A DNA stretch of 64,000 bases, taken from NCBI GenBank assembly GCA_963828195.1, contig CAWHDT010000007.1:1-64000 (forward strand), read 5' to 3'. Of this stretch, positions 1 through 8,916 are shown piece by piece; the first letter of the stretch is position 1, and every line of letters starts with the position of its first letter. The notes beneath the pieces are model-generated. The model saw only the letters and a list, made by a program, of their open reading frames with translations. It was not told the DNA's origin and made no database searches. Source of the stretch: Candidatus Bathyarchaeota archaeon (GTDB lineage Archaea > Thermoproteota > Bathyarchaeia > Bathyarchaeales > Bathycorpusculaceae). A program made the translations under genes and the position numbers.

Positions 1-14
1 GGAGGAAAGCCTAG

Positions 15-452
15 GTGGCTGTAAATCAAGCCTTAACGGTTTCGGAGTTGCTGCAGGAGAATTGGGGGCTATCAAGTCCCCTGGCTGCTGCAAATATTTT
101 GTGGCCTATAACTCGCATGGATGCGATTGGGGTTACTCAGGGAAAAGGACCCTTGCAAGTAGCTGTCTATAACGCGAGCCCTAGCAAGCAGGTGGATGCG
201 CTTAGTCGCGAATGTTACTTGGTTACTGAAAAACTTGTCGTTGACATAATTGTTGTTAACGCTAGCCAAAGCACAGCCGATTTAGCCACTGCAGAATCCA
301 CTTTGGAAGCATTGCAGGCTGAAGTTACCCGCATCATACACTTACAAGACCCAAACTATGCAGTAACCGGAGAGCCGATTCACAGTAACGCAACTGAAGT
401 AACCCGCGTTATGATCAACATTGACGCCGTTTACTTCAGCATCTCAAGTTAA
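15..452 (+). CDS. Virion tail completion/terminator-like protein
   Basis: 145 aa, GGAGG RBS at 1-5, position upstream of tail genes; function inferred from position. Confidence 0.55.
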   Translation: MAVNQALTVSELLQENWGLSSPLAAANILWPITRMDAIGVTQGKGPLQVAVYNASPSKQVDALSRECYLVTEKLVVDIIVVNASQSTADLATAESTLEALQAEVTRIIHLQDPNYAVTGEPIHSNATEVTRVMINIDAVYFSISS

Positions 453-468
453 TAGGCAGGTGAAGTGA

Positions 469-588
469 ATGGCAGAACTAAAAAGGGCGGCAAACCAGAA
501 ATTTAAGACAAAATTTAGCTCTTGGATTGTGACTTACAAAAACGGTTCTCAGGTTCTTGTAGAGCACAGAGTAACGAAAATAGCTTAG
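469..588 (+). CDS. 39-aa basic micro-ORF (MAELKRAANQKFKTKFSSWIVTYKNGSQVLVEHRVTKIA)
   Basis: GGTGA RBS at 459-463, ATG at 469, TAG at 586-588; below the ORF-track cutoff. Confidence 0.5.
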   Translation: MAELKRAANQKFKTKFSSWIVTYKNGSQVLVEHRVTKIA

Positions 589-592
589 GAGA

Positions 593-618
593 ATGCAGCG
601 GGACTGCATCGTTTTTTT
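593..618 (+). terminator. Hairpin plus T-tract terminator-like element
   Basis: ATGCAG-CGGGA-CTGCAT stem followed by T7, between convergent genes. Confidence 0.45.
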
Positions 619-640
619 CAAGCTACTAAAAAGGAGACCT

Positions 641-1120
641 TTATATTGAATTTTTTAGCTTTGAAGCAAACTCTTCAGCGTGTTTGAGGTCTTCAGCGTT
701 AGGTCTGCCTTTATTCATTCCACCAAACCGACCATAGATGCGATTAGTGTTAAAGCCTTTGCAATTAAACTCATCAACAATAGTGTAGCCTTTAGATTGC
801 AGTTTCTCCCTAAGTGCTGTGTGAAATTTACCTGAAGTTTTCCCAAATAACAGCGAATCAACACCCACAAAACTTGTTGAGAAAATGAATGCATTTTTAT
901 CTGTGACTTGAGGGAGTTTATCAGCCAGTTCAAGCAGACTTTCGTGGTGTTTTTCTCCAAATATTCCTGAGCCGAACCCTACTAAGTCAAACTGTTGAAG
1001 CTCTTCGGGGTTTGTTTGTTGTGGAGTCTTTATTTGTGCATCGAGAACCTTTGCCATAGCTTCAGCTACCTTCTGAGTGTTATTGTGATGGAAAGAGTAA
1101 CAGACTATCAGAGACTTCAT
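641..1120 (-). CDS. Flavodoxin family protein (moron inside the tail module)
   Basis: YSFHHNNTQKVAEAMA FMN loop, LVGFGSGIF, GRPNAEDLKHAEEFA C-terminus. Confidence 0.9.
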   Translation of the reverse strand: MKSLIVCYSFHHNNTQKVAEAMAKVLDAQIKTPQQTNPEELQQFDLVGFGSGIFGEKHHESLLELADKLPQVTDKNAFIFSTSFVGVDSLLFGKTSGKFHTALREKLQSKGYTIVDEFNCKGFNTNRIYGRFGGMNKGRPNAEDLKHAEEFASKLKNSI

Positions 1121-1237
1121 AGTGTAATCGACCTATCCAGCTTCATTATCTGCGACTAGTATTAATTTTCTAGCTAAGTTATTTGCGTGTACCGGAAGAT
1201 TCGCTTCATTTTATTCCGATGGTTAGGGTGAATCAAT

Positions 1238-1600
1238 ATGGGTATTTCTCTCCAGGTTAATTTGTCGAATTTTGATGCAAAAAAGAATTGCCTGAGCTGT
1301 CTTTGTGAGCAGTATCCGGAGGCGGTTGGGCAAGCTATGATGAATGTTGCCCAGAATATTTTGGCGACTGCAAACACGTTAGTTCCAGTCAGAACAGGCT
1401 ATTTGAAAAGCACCATAGCGATTGAACAGCCCAGCAATTTTCAACTTAAGGTTAAGGCTACAGCGCCATACGCATATTATGTTGAGTTTGGAACAAGGAA
1501 AATGTCTGCGAGGCTTTTCCTTACAAACTCGGTTAATCAGCATCTTGGCGATTTGGCACCGGAGATTGAGCAGCAAATCCAAGATTTGCTCAAAGGCTAA
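1238..1600 (+). CDS. HK97 gp10-like tail completion protein
   Basis: PVRTGYLKSTI and APYAYYVEFGTRKM motifs. Confidence 0.9.
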   Translation: MGISLQVNLSNFDAKKNCLSCLCEQYPEAVGQAMMNVAQNILATANTLVPVRTGYLKSTIAIEQPSNFQLKVKATAPYAYYVEFGTRKMSARLFLTNSVNQHLGDLAPEIEQQIQDLLKG

Positions 1601-1641
1601 CTTTTCTTTATAGTAACCAAATGTAATCGAGGTGAAAAAAT

Positions 1642-2049
1642 ATGAGTACATCTACACCAGTCCTAAGTAGGTTAGCCGTCGTTCAGGTAGGCGGGACAGC
1701 AATCGGCTTTCTAACGGATTTTACAACTGACATCAAGGCAGAAGTGATCAAAGAATACGTTTGCCAAACAGCACCAACACCCGCTTTTTTGGCCAGCGGC
1801 AACCAATCCAACACATTCAAGGCTTCAGCACTCTTTGTCCCATCACTCTATGCAGCATTGCTAAATGATGTTCTAAACGGCACGGTCGTAACGGTTATTT
1901 GGGGACCACAAGGAACAACCACCGGAAACCCGAAAATCACATACAACAACGTTATCTTAACTGCTTACAGCGTAAAAAACGGGCAGAAAGGCACCATTGC
2001 AAACGATATCAGCGGCGAAGCCCAGACCATAACGCCAGGCTCATTCTGA
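1642..2049 (+). CDS. Major tail (tube) protein
   Basis: 135 aa, beta-rich, GAGGTGA RBS, directly upstream of the chaperone and tape measure genes. Confidence 0.7.
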   Translation: MSTSTPVLSRLAVVQVGGTAIGFLTDFTTDIKAEVIKEYVCQTAPTPAFLASGNQSNTFKASALFVPSLYAALLNDVLNGTVVTVIWGPQGTTTGNPKITYNNVILTAYSVKNGQKGTIANDISGEAQTITPGSF

Positions 2050-2092
2050 GTTTACTTTTTTTAAATTTTCGATTATAAACTAATGAGGTGAT

Positions 2093-2548
2093 TTGATGAG
2101 TGAAGAAAAATTTGATACCGAAGGTTTTGAGAAACTTAAAGCCGCATTTGATGAGTACGAAGCAGAGCAAAAAGAGCGTTTCAAAAATTTCAGCGTAGGC
2201 CTGCTTAAGAGCAGTAAGGTTCCGCAAGAGGCTAATGTGCCTGGCGCCGGATGGGTAAAATTCGTATTACTATCCCATAATGAACTGAGCGATTTAGCCA
2301 AGTTCTACAAGGACGATCAACGCGAATTTGAACTTCAAGCGCTTCTGATGATGATGAAGCCCTGCTACCCGGACTTAGCAGAGAAGGATTTGCGTGATGC
2401 TCCTTGGGATTTGGTGCGTGCTCTAGAGAAAGCTTTGTTGAATGAGGGTTTTTTACCGCGTCAGGTGAGGCGGTCAATGACTGGATTTACTGGAGCAGTG
2501 AAGCACAGCGGATCGCAGCCGTCATCAACCTCTACCACTACACCTTAG
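2093..2548 (+). CDS. Tail assembly chaperone (gpG-like)
   Basis: Lies between major tail and tape measure genes; slippery G GGT TTT TTA at 2446-2455. Confidence 0.8.
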   Translation: MMSEEKFDTEGFEKLKAAFDEYEAEQKERFKNFSVGLLKSSKVPQEANVPGAGWVKFVLLSHNELSDLAKFYKDDQREFELQALLMMMKPCYPDLAEKDLRDAPWDLVRALEKALLNEGFLPRQVRRSMTGFTGAVKHSGSQPSSTSTTTP

Positions 2549-2631
2549 AATACGCGGCAAGCTTGACGAGTTTTCAACTTGAGTTTTTGATTCAATCGGC
2601 AGTTTGGTATCATAAATTAACTGAGGGTTAA
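2446..2631 (+). CDS. -1 frameshift extension of the tail chaperone (gpGT-like)
   Basis: The -1 frame is open from the slippery site to TAA at 2629-2631, 2 nt before the tape measure start. Confidence 0.8.
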   Translation, partial: GFFTASGEAVNDWIYWSSEAQRIAAVINLYHYTLEYAASLTSFQLEFLIQSAVWYHKLTEG

Positions 2632-2633
2632 GT

Positions 2634-4019
2634 TTGAGTGGCGCTCCTGCAGAAATAGACATAGTTGCAACTGATGATGCCTCAGATATTTTCCAAGAAG
2701 TCAGCAGCAACTTTACTGAAATGAGCAGCAATGTCAGCGAAGCTTCTGGAACTATGAGCACCGACGTTTCAGATAGCATGCAACAAACTGCAAGCTCAGT
2801 TTCAACCATGGCGACAACGGTGACGGCTGACACTAGCCAAATGCAGGATTCCTTCAATCAAGCCGGAAGCACAGCCCAAGTAAGCATGAATCAAATAACC
2901 GTTAGCACCGGTGAAGCAAGCGATGCAACAGACGCATCAAGCCAAAGTTTTAGTCAAAACGCTATGCAGATGAACAGTGCAGCTATGAGCGGTGCCATGC
3001 TGTATATGGCTGTAAATAACATCGAGAACGCGCAAACATCGCTTGCCCGAGCAAACTTAACAGAAGAGAAAGCGGCTAACTCAGTTACTTTAGCGCAGCA
3101 AGCCTACAATGTTGCTGTTGCGAAATATGGTGAAACCAGCATTCAGGCACAGGATGCAGCGAATAAACTTAACTTAGCTATTGAAACTCAGCAAGTAGAT
3201 CAAGAACGGGTCTCTGAAGCGAGTCGAAATTACAACAGCACGTTAATGATGTCAGCATTGACGGTTATTCCCGCAGTCATTAACGTAATAACTCTTGCAA
3301 GCCATGCGACTCAAATGTGGGAAGGCGCCCAGGCTGCTCTTGATGTTGTTATGGATGCTAATCCGATTGGCTTAGTTGTACTTGCAATAGCTGCCTTAGT
3401 AGCTGGCGTAATTGCGGCTTACACCTATTGCAAGCCCTTCCGCGACGTCATTAACGACATAGGAAGCATCATAGGCGGAGCAGTTCTTTCAGCAGTTAAC
3501 ACTTTAAAAACTGCAGGAGATGCCTTATGGAACGGGCTCAGCTGGGCATACAACAATATTCTTTTGCCGGTAGCTAACTTTTTCAAAGAAGTTTTGGTCG
3601 CCGACTTGAACGTGGCGTTAATACCTGTTAAAGCCTTTGAGACAGCCATTGGCGCCGTCGCAAATGCAGTGAAGCCCTTGAGTGATTTAATCGGGGGCTT
3701 AGGCAGTGCACTTAGCCACTTGTGTTTTGCACATGCAGCACCTGCAGCTGAAGAATTCAACAAGCAAGTAACCCAGAGCATCTCTCTGAGCGACCAATTA
3801 ACCCATAAAACCAACACTCTTGGCTCATCGCTTCAAGGCTTAGCTGGAAACGTCTCAGTTAAAGGCGGAGGCGGAACAAGCAACATAACAATCGGCTCAC
3901 CCAACATCACAATCGGCAACATTACCGGCACAGCATCACTTAAGCAAACACGAGATGCAGTCAACAAAGGGATCTGCGATGCAATGTACAAGAAAGGCAT
4001 AATGAACAAGGTGACATAG
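2634..4019 (+). CDS. Tape measure protein
   Basis: Ala/Ser-rich helical protein; IDIVATDDAS N-terminus and ANPIGLVVLAIAALVAG motif. Confidence 0.9.
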   Translation: MSGAPAEIDIVATDDASDIFQEVSSNFTEMSSNVSEASGTMSTDVSDSMQQTASSVSTMATTVTADTSQMQDSFNQAGSTAQVSMNQITVSTGEASDATDASSQSFSQNAMQMNSAAMSGAMLYMAVNNIENAQTSLARANLTEEKAANSVTLAQQAYNVAVAKYGETSIQAQDAANKLNLAIETQQVDQERVSEASRNYNSTLMMSALTVIPAVINVITLASHATQMWEGAQAALDVVMDANPIGLVVLAIAALVAGVIAAYTYCKPFRDVINDIGSIIGGAVLSAVNTLKTAGDALWNGLSWAYNNILLPVANFFKEVLVADLNVALIPVKAFETAIGAVANAVKPLSDLIGGLGSALSHLCFAHAAPAAEEFNKQVTQSISLSDQLTHKTNTLGSSLQGLAGNVSVKGGGGTSNITIGSPNITIGNITGTASLKQTRDAVNKGICDAMYKKGIMNKVT

Positions 4020-4415
4020 ACGAGCTGGCAAATAACACAAGGATCCACAACAATCACGTTGCCTTATGCGCCACAGACTAACACTGATGAATCTCCGACA
4101 ATTGACGACTCTTCGATCAACATACCCGAGCAAGGAACTACGCTTATTTCAGTCTGCAATGACGTGCGCACTTTAACAATGGAGGGCTTTTTCTACATAG
4201 CAGGCTCTAGTAAAAGCACTATTGATACTACGTACATTATTCCCTTGCTCAGCATGCTTCACTTACTCGTCACTTTAACAACTCCACGACCCAGCCTTAA
4301 TGCCACATGGAAATTTGATAAAGCAACTTTCACAGAAACAAAAGACTACTCAAACCAACCCGCAATCAAATTTACCCTTGTCTTCAAATTTGCTGCAAAC
4401 TACGTGGTGCTATAG
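4020..4415 (+). CDS. Distal tail (Dit-like) protein; start probably at 4020 (ACG), track start 4059
   Basis: Directly follows the tape measure gene; GGTGA at 4010-4014; frame open from 4020. Confidence 0.65.
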   Translation, partial: TSWQITQGSTTITLPYAPQTNTDESPTIDDSSINIPEQGTTLISVCNDVRTLTMEGFFYIAGSSKSTIDTTYIIPLLSMLHLLVTLTTPRPSLNATWKFDKATFTETKDYSNQPAIKFTLVFKFAANYVVL

Positions 4416-4417
4416 CG

Positions 4418-6442
4418 ATGTCGTGGACCATTCAATATTTGTCTGGCAGCACCTGGGTAACAAAAACTGACGCGGTTATTGATCAGATAGTTGACGAGAT
4501 TAATGGCCAGCTGGGAGCAGCTGGAGAACAGGAACTTGACTTTGTTCTTCCAAATACTCCGGCGAACTTGGCTTTTGTTCAAACTGATCAGCAAATTCAA
4601 ATTCTCTGGGGAGCCACAAGCGTCTTTGCTGGATTACTACGGGCCTACAAAGCAAAATTCCTCAACATCACAGCGACGGTTTACAATAGCGTTTTTGAAT
4701 TAATGAAAAAGCAGACAATCACTGGCAAATACAATAATGTAGCTGCATCGTCAATATTGGCTGCAATTTGCGCGGCTTGTGGCATGACTGCTGGATCCTG
4801 CCCGACAACCGCCATTAGCACACAATTTAATTCCACGGACTGCTACACTGCAGGGCTTAATGTTGCCAATATTTTGGGCTTAAATTTGTTCAATTCTGGC
4901 AACACAGTAAATATCGCTGTTAAGGGCAATCAGACTCCCACGGCCATAACAATTGACACTGAAAGCGAAGTGGACATAGATAGAAGCAAATCGGGTTATG
5001 ATGGCGTAATTATCCGTGGTGTCGATCAGGCTGGGAACGTAATTACAGGTTCAGCGGGAAATACCGGTGCGGGTTACAGTGTCAAAACCTTAACCAACAA
5101 AATTGCTATGAGTCAATCTACTCTAAATAGCCTTGCAACTGAATATTTGCAAAGTCTCCAGCAGACCAACAGCGGCTCGCCTCTCGTATGCGATATTTCT
5201 CAAGCAGCACTGCTCAACAGTGGCGATTTAATTACTGTTACGAACGGCGCGGCTTTTGGGCTTTCTGGAAGCTACGAAATTGCGACCATAACGAAAACTT
5301 TGACTAAGGCAACTATTGAAATTGTGCATTCAGTTAACGATTTTAGTAACTTAGTTGATGCTCTGGCTTCTGCAACCACTGCTCTCAACACTTTGCCCAT
5401 AAGCAGCGATCAGGTCCAGGGTAGCAGTGTAAGTCTGCAAAGCTTACAGGCATTTTATCATCTGGGTGAAGGCTCCGGTGCAGTTGCCACCGATTCAAGC
5501 TCTGCAGGAAATAACGGATCTATAGGTTCTGGTTGCACTTGGGTTCCAGGACCTGAAACAAAAGTTTTAATGTTCAATGGCAACGGCAGCTACGTTGACA
5601 TACCAGGCAGTGACGTAAATTTTGGCGGCTTATCCGCAATGACTTTCACTGTATGGTTTTCGCCGACGTCTGCAGCTCAAGGCTACCTCGCGTATAAGCC
5701 TAACCAATTTTACGTTCAGGTAAATGCAAATGGCAGCATAATTTTCGCGCTCTACATTGGCGGAGCTTGGGTAACATTATCAGCTCCAGCTGGTTCAGCT
5801 ACGTTAAATGGTCGCCTCTTTTGCGCTTTCGTCTACGATGGAACTAACATGTACATTTATCTCAATGGACCTGTCCTTGTGCAGCAGGCTCAAACAGGCG
5901 CTATTGGAAGCAGCACAAATGATACCTACTTGGGCGCTGAAACTGCTTCTTTAGGCGGTTTTAGCGGAGTAATTTCAGAAGTTATGTTTTTTGGGCGTGC
6001 CCTCGGGGCGCAGGAGGTGTATTCGCTTTACTTTTTTCCCCTTATTAGCTACCTAAAAAGCGGTGGCATCGGAGCAACAACTTGGAGCGTTTACATCTTA
6101 GGCGATCCAAATGGCTCTTTGAGTTTAAGCGGATTGCAAACGATGGCCGCTGGATCACCCTGCACCGTGTCTGACTCTTTGAATGCTGGATTTAGCTTAA
6201 GCTATTGGCTTTTAGACGGAGTGCAAGTCACCGGGAACCCTTACACGATTCCAGCGCAAACTGCTGGGTCATGCCACGTTTTGCAGCCCGTATCCGCCGT
6301 TACTTCTCCACCTGTGTTTTGGTTTGCAAGCGTCACAACAGGCAACAGCGATATGAAAGAGGAAGGCGACATGGGCGACGCGATCCTTCTCAATGACACA
6401 AGCGCTGTGCGAGCTGAAACTAACGTAATCACAAATCATTAG
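4418..6442 (+). CDS. Tail hub/baseplate protein fused to a LamG/concanavalin-like domain
   Basis: Hub-like N-terminus; YHLGEGSGAVATDSS...VYDGTNMYIYLNG...FSGVISEVMFFGRAL LamG motifs. Confidence 0.8.
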   Translation: MSWTIQYLSGSTWVTKTDAVIDQIVDEINGQLGAAGEQELDFVLPNTPANLAFVQTDQQIQILWGATSVFAGLLRAYKAKFLNITATVYNSVFELMKKQTITGKYNNVAASSILAAICAACGMTAGSCPTTAISTQFNSTDCYTAGLNVANILGLNLFNSGNTVNIAVKGNQTPTAITIDTESEVDIDRSKSGYDGVIIRGVDQAGNVITGSAGNTGAGYSVKTLTNKIAMSQSTLNSLATEYLQSLQQTNSGSPLVCDISQAALLNSGDLITVTNGAAFGLSGSYEIATITKTLTKATIEIVHSVNDFSNLVDALASATTALNTLPISSDQVQGSSVSLQSLQAFYHLGEGSGAVATDSSSAGNNGSIGSGCTWVPGPETKVLMFNGNGSYVDIPGSDVNFGGLSAMTFTVWFSPTSAAQGYLAYKPNQFYVQVNANGSIIFALYIGGAWVTLSAPAGSATLNGRLFCAFVYDGTNMYIYLNGPVLVQQAQTGAIGSSTNDTYLGAETASLGGFSGVISEVMFFGRALGAQEVYSLYFFPLISYLKSGGIGATTWSVYILGDPNGSLSLSGLQTMAAGSPCTVSDSLNAGFSLSYWLLDGVQVTGNPYTIPAQTAGSCHVLQPVSAVTSPPVFWFASVTTGNSDMKEEGDMGDAILLNDTSAVRAETNVITNH

Positions 6443-6455
6443 GAGAAAAAACAAA

Positions 6456-7187
6456 TTGTCAACTGTAATTAGAGGCCAGCAGGGCGGCTCGACCGGAAAT
6501 GCTGTTGAAGGCGGAGGCTTCTGCTTTGCATCAACAACTTACTCCGAGGGATGCAGTAAAGGTCCGCTTGACGCAGCCCTTCTTGAAAATGGCACTAACA
6601 TAACTGAGGGATGCACGGCAGGTCCGCTTGACCTTGGGTTTCTTGACAATGGAGTTAATGCGGAGTGTGGAAATGATTCAGGGCCAAGTCGCTCTGATGC
6701 TCCCGCTTTTCCGACAACAGGCACATACGGAAACACCAACACTGGAGCAAGCTACACTCCCTGCATAAACGACATTGTTGGAAGCATCTTTACAACTCCA
6801 ACCGTATCGGGCGCGATCCATGTTACTGGAATCCACGCACTTGTACAATGCGACACAGCTAACAAAACCTTCAACGCTGCAATTTACACGGCTGCAGGCG
6901 CTTTAGTTGGACAATGCAACGCTCTGACAGTTGCCTATCAAGCAGGTTCACAACTCATTATGTTTACTCCAACAAACGCGATACAACTTACATCTAACAC
7001 AACCTACATCCTAGTTATTTGGTGCAACAGCGCCTCAGGAAACGGCGGTCTATTCTACATCGCTGGAAGCACAAATCAAGGCTACACCTACGCTTCGGCG
7101 TATTCGTCAACTTTTCCAAGCAGCCTCGGAACAATCACCTACAACAATGACGAGTATTGCGTTTACGCGGATTACTACGTGTTTTAA
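6456..7187 (+). CDS. Putative tail fibre/receptor-binding protein
   Basis: Gly/Thr/Ser-rich beta protein in the tail module; internal 20-aa repeat. Confidence 0.6.
   Translation: MSTVIRGQQGGSTGNAVEGGGFCFASTTYSEGCSKGPLDAALLENGTNITEGCTAGPLDLGFLDNGVNAECGNDSGPSRSDAPAFPTTGTYGNTNTGASYTPCINDIVGSIFTTPTVSGAIHVTGIHALVQCDTANKTFNAAIYTAAGALVGQCNALTVAYQAGSQLIMFTPTNAIQLTSNTTYILVIWCNSASGNGGLFYIAGSTNQGYTYASAYSSTFPSSLGTITYNNDEYCVYADYYVF
6541..6660 (+). repeat. Two 60-bp tandem units (EGCSKGPLDAALLENGTNIT / EGCTAGPLDLGFLDNGVNAE)
   Basis: GAGGGATGCA...AGGTCCGCTTGAC...TTCTTGA.AATGG repeated at a 60-bp period. Confidence 0.85.
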
Positions 7188-7205
7188 GGGGGTGAATAAG
7201 ATAAA

Positions 7206-7889
7206 ATGTTGACTTTTTATCAAAACTTGAAACCTCAGATAGCTAAGAAGTACAGAAACAAGCTGATGCTGCAGTGGTGGGCTGTTAAGCAACTTCTAAA
7301 AGGAAAGCTGCGGCTACGAAACACTTTCGGCGACGAGATCAGAGTCAAAGATGAAATCACATGTTGGCAAGGTGACAAACTTCAGTTCCGAACCAAAGGA
7401 CACATAGTTTCCTACGGCTTGACGTTGATTGTAAATTATCTTTCGTTCGCGGGTACCTCTTCATCAACGGCAGCCTATGGAATGATGTACTCATGGTATA
7501 TTCGATGTGGAACAGGAACAGGAGCCACTGGACAATCAACCATTGGGTTGGTAACGATTAACTCTACCGCGCCAAACACCATGTCTGGAACAAACAGTAA
7601 CCCAAGCGCCGGACAATACCGCATCGCTTGGACGGCAACGTGGAATTCAGGTACTCTTTCGGCAATCACTATTACGGAATTTGGAATGTGGTGGAATAAC
7701 GGTTTCGCTGGCAGCCCTACCGTACCAAGCTTACAGGGTTTTGGTTCTAACTATATCTACCAATCCGGCGGGGCTAACACTCAGTTTGCTTCTCGCATAA
7801 GCAGTACAGACGGCGACTTCACAAGCTTCACCGTAAATACATCCGTTCCTTTGACGCTTCAGTGGAACTTAACTTTCACTTTCGCTTAG
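7206..7889 (+). CDS. Putative tail fibre-associated virion protein
   Basis: GTGTG, ITEFG and TLQWNLTF motifs resemble tail-fibre N-terminal domains; GGGGTGA RBS. Confidence 0.6.
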   Translation: MLTFYQNLKPQIAKKYRNKLMLQWWAVKQLLKGKLRLRNTFGDEIRVKDEITCWQGDKLQFRTKGHIVSYGLTLIVNYLSFAGTSSSTAAYGMMYSWYIRCGTGTGATGQSTIGLVTINSTAPNTMSGTNSNPSAGQYRIAWTATWNSGTLSAITITEFGMWWNNGFAGSPTVPSLQGFGSNYIYQSGGANTQFASRISSTDGDFTSFTVNTSVPLTLQWNLTFTFA

Positions 7890-7963
7890 CTCGAGATAGA
7901 TACCAAAAAGGGCTTAACCTGAAAGTTTCTTGTTGAATAAAAGAAGTTGGTTTGTACAAGGGA

Positions 7964-8001
7964 TTGCTGCGTACAGCCGGGGCTCCGAATGTACGTGGTG
8001 G
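7964..8001. repeat. Degenerate palindromic B-type site (GTACA-N14-TGTAC)
   Basis: TTGCTGCGTACA GCCGGGGCTCCGAA TGTACGTGGTGG; same spacing as the half-sites at 11000 and 11504. Confidence 0.45.
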
Positions 8002-8061
8002 CATGATCTTGGTTTTTCCTAGTGATTTAATCACGCTATTTGATGGGAGGTGAAATCAAAA

Positions 8062-8322
8062 ATGAAAACTACAAATAAAATTATAGCTGTTCTTGGAGTA
8101 ATCGTTACAGTCTTAGGGATTACGGCTTCTGTTGCAACGGGCATAGGCTACTCAGGTATCGGATTAACAGTTGTTGGCGTTATCTCTATTGTTAAAGGCA
8201 GCGAAGAACTCATAGATGGCAATCTAACTGACGCAGTAACAGACATTGTTAACGGCTTCAATGCAGTCAAGCAGAATGTTCCACAAGCAACACAAGAAGC
8301 AAAAACTGCAACTGAAACTTAA
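8062..8322 (+). CDS. Small two-TM membrane protein (holin-like position)
   Basis: GGAGGTGA RBS, two hydrophobic segments, last gene of the structural module, followed by T-tracts. Confidence 0.6.
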   Translation: MKTTNKIIAVLGVIVTVLGITASVATGIGYSGIGLTVVGVISIVKGSEELIDGNLTDAVTDIVNGFNAVKQNVPQATQEAKTATET

Positions 8323-8548
8323 AGTTTCTTTTGTCTTTTCTTTTTTTTAATAAAGCAGCCTCATAAGTTTAAAAAACGGAGCTGATAGTAAGCTCGTTTT
8401 AAGTCTTTTTTTGACATTTAACTTGTTGTCTTAGCGGAAGCTACTTAACTTCATAGATCAAAAGAATAGATATAATAAGTACATATTAAATCGCGAAATT
8501 CTTTTTGACAGCTGTGATGAGACTAAACGGTAAAATTTTCATAATGAG

Positions 8549-8570
8549 AACCCTTAAATTTGCATAGCAT
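8549..8570 (+). repeat. Motif A, degenerate copy
   Basis: AACCCTTAAATTTGCATAGCAT. Confidence 0.55.
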
Positions 8571-8600
8571 TTTGATGTTAGTGGGTTTTTTTCAGTGGAT

Positions 8601-8894
8601 TTAGTTATTGCCTATAGGGTTACAGAGATTTTTGTTCACTTCACCTTTAGCAAGATTAAAGCCAAGTTTCAAGATTTCGCCAAAGACTACGGCGCCCCAG
8701 TTCCATTGTTTGAGTGGTTTCTCTTCTTCAGTTCTTAGCCAATTTTCCAAAGATTTTTCACCTAGATGAAGTATAGTGTACGCTACGTAATCTGAAGCTT
8801 CTGCTTTGCGACATTTCTCATTAAAGTTAAGTGGTAGCTTGACCAATCTTATCGGAACTTGCATGGGCGTTATTGGAACTATTTTGTACTCCAT
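8601..8894 (-). CDS. Hypothetical protein
   Basis: 97-aa ATG ORF, 22 bp downstream of the wHTH gene. Confidence 0.6.
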   Translation of the reverse strand: MEYKIVPITPMQVPIRLVKLPLNFNEKCRKAEASDYVAYTILHLGEKSLENWLRTEEEKPLKQWNWGAVVFGEILKLGFNLAKGEVNKNLCNPIGNN

Positions 8895-8916
8895 TTTTTT
8901 CCACGTTCATTTTTTT

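Larger units (their letters stand above)
1..8322 (+). mobile_element. Provirus (head-tail, siphovirus-like) tail morphogenesis module; left part lies outside the window
   Basis: Co-oriented gp10-like, major tail, chaperone with slippery site, tape measure, Dit/hub, fibre and small TM genes in lambda/HK97-like order. Confidence 0.9.

Noticed and set aside
4418-7889. Diversity-generating retroelement targeting the tail fibres
   Set aside because: No reverse transcriptase in the window and no template/variable repeat pair differing at adenines was seen
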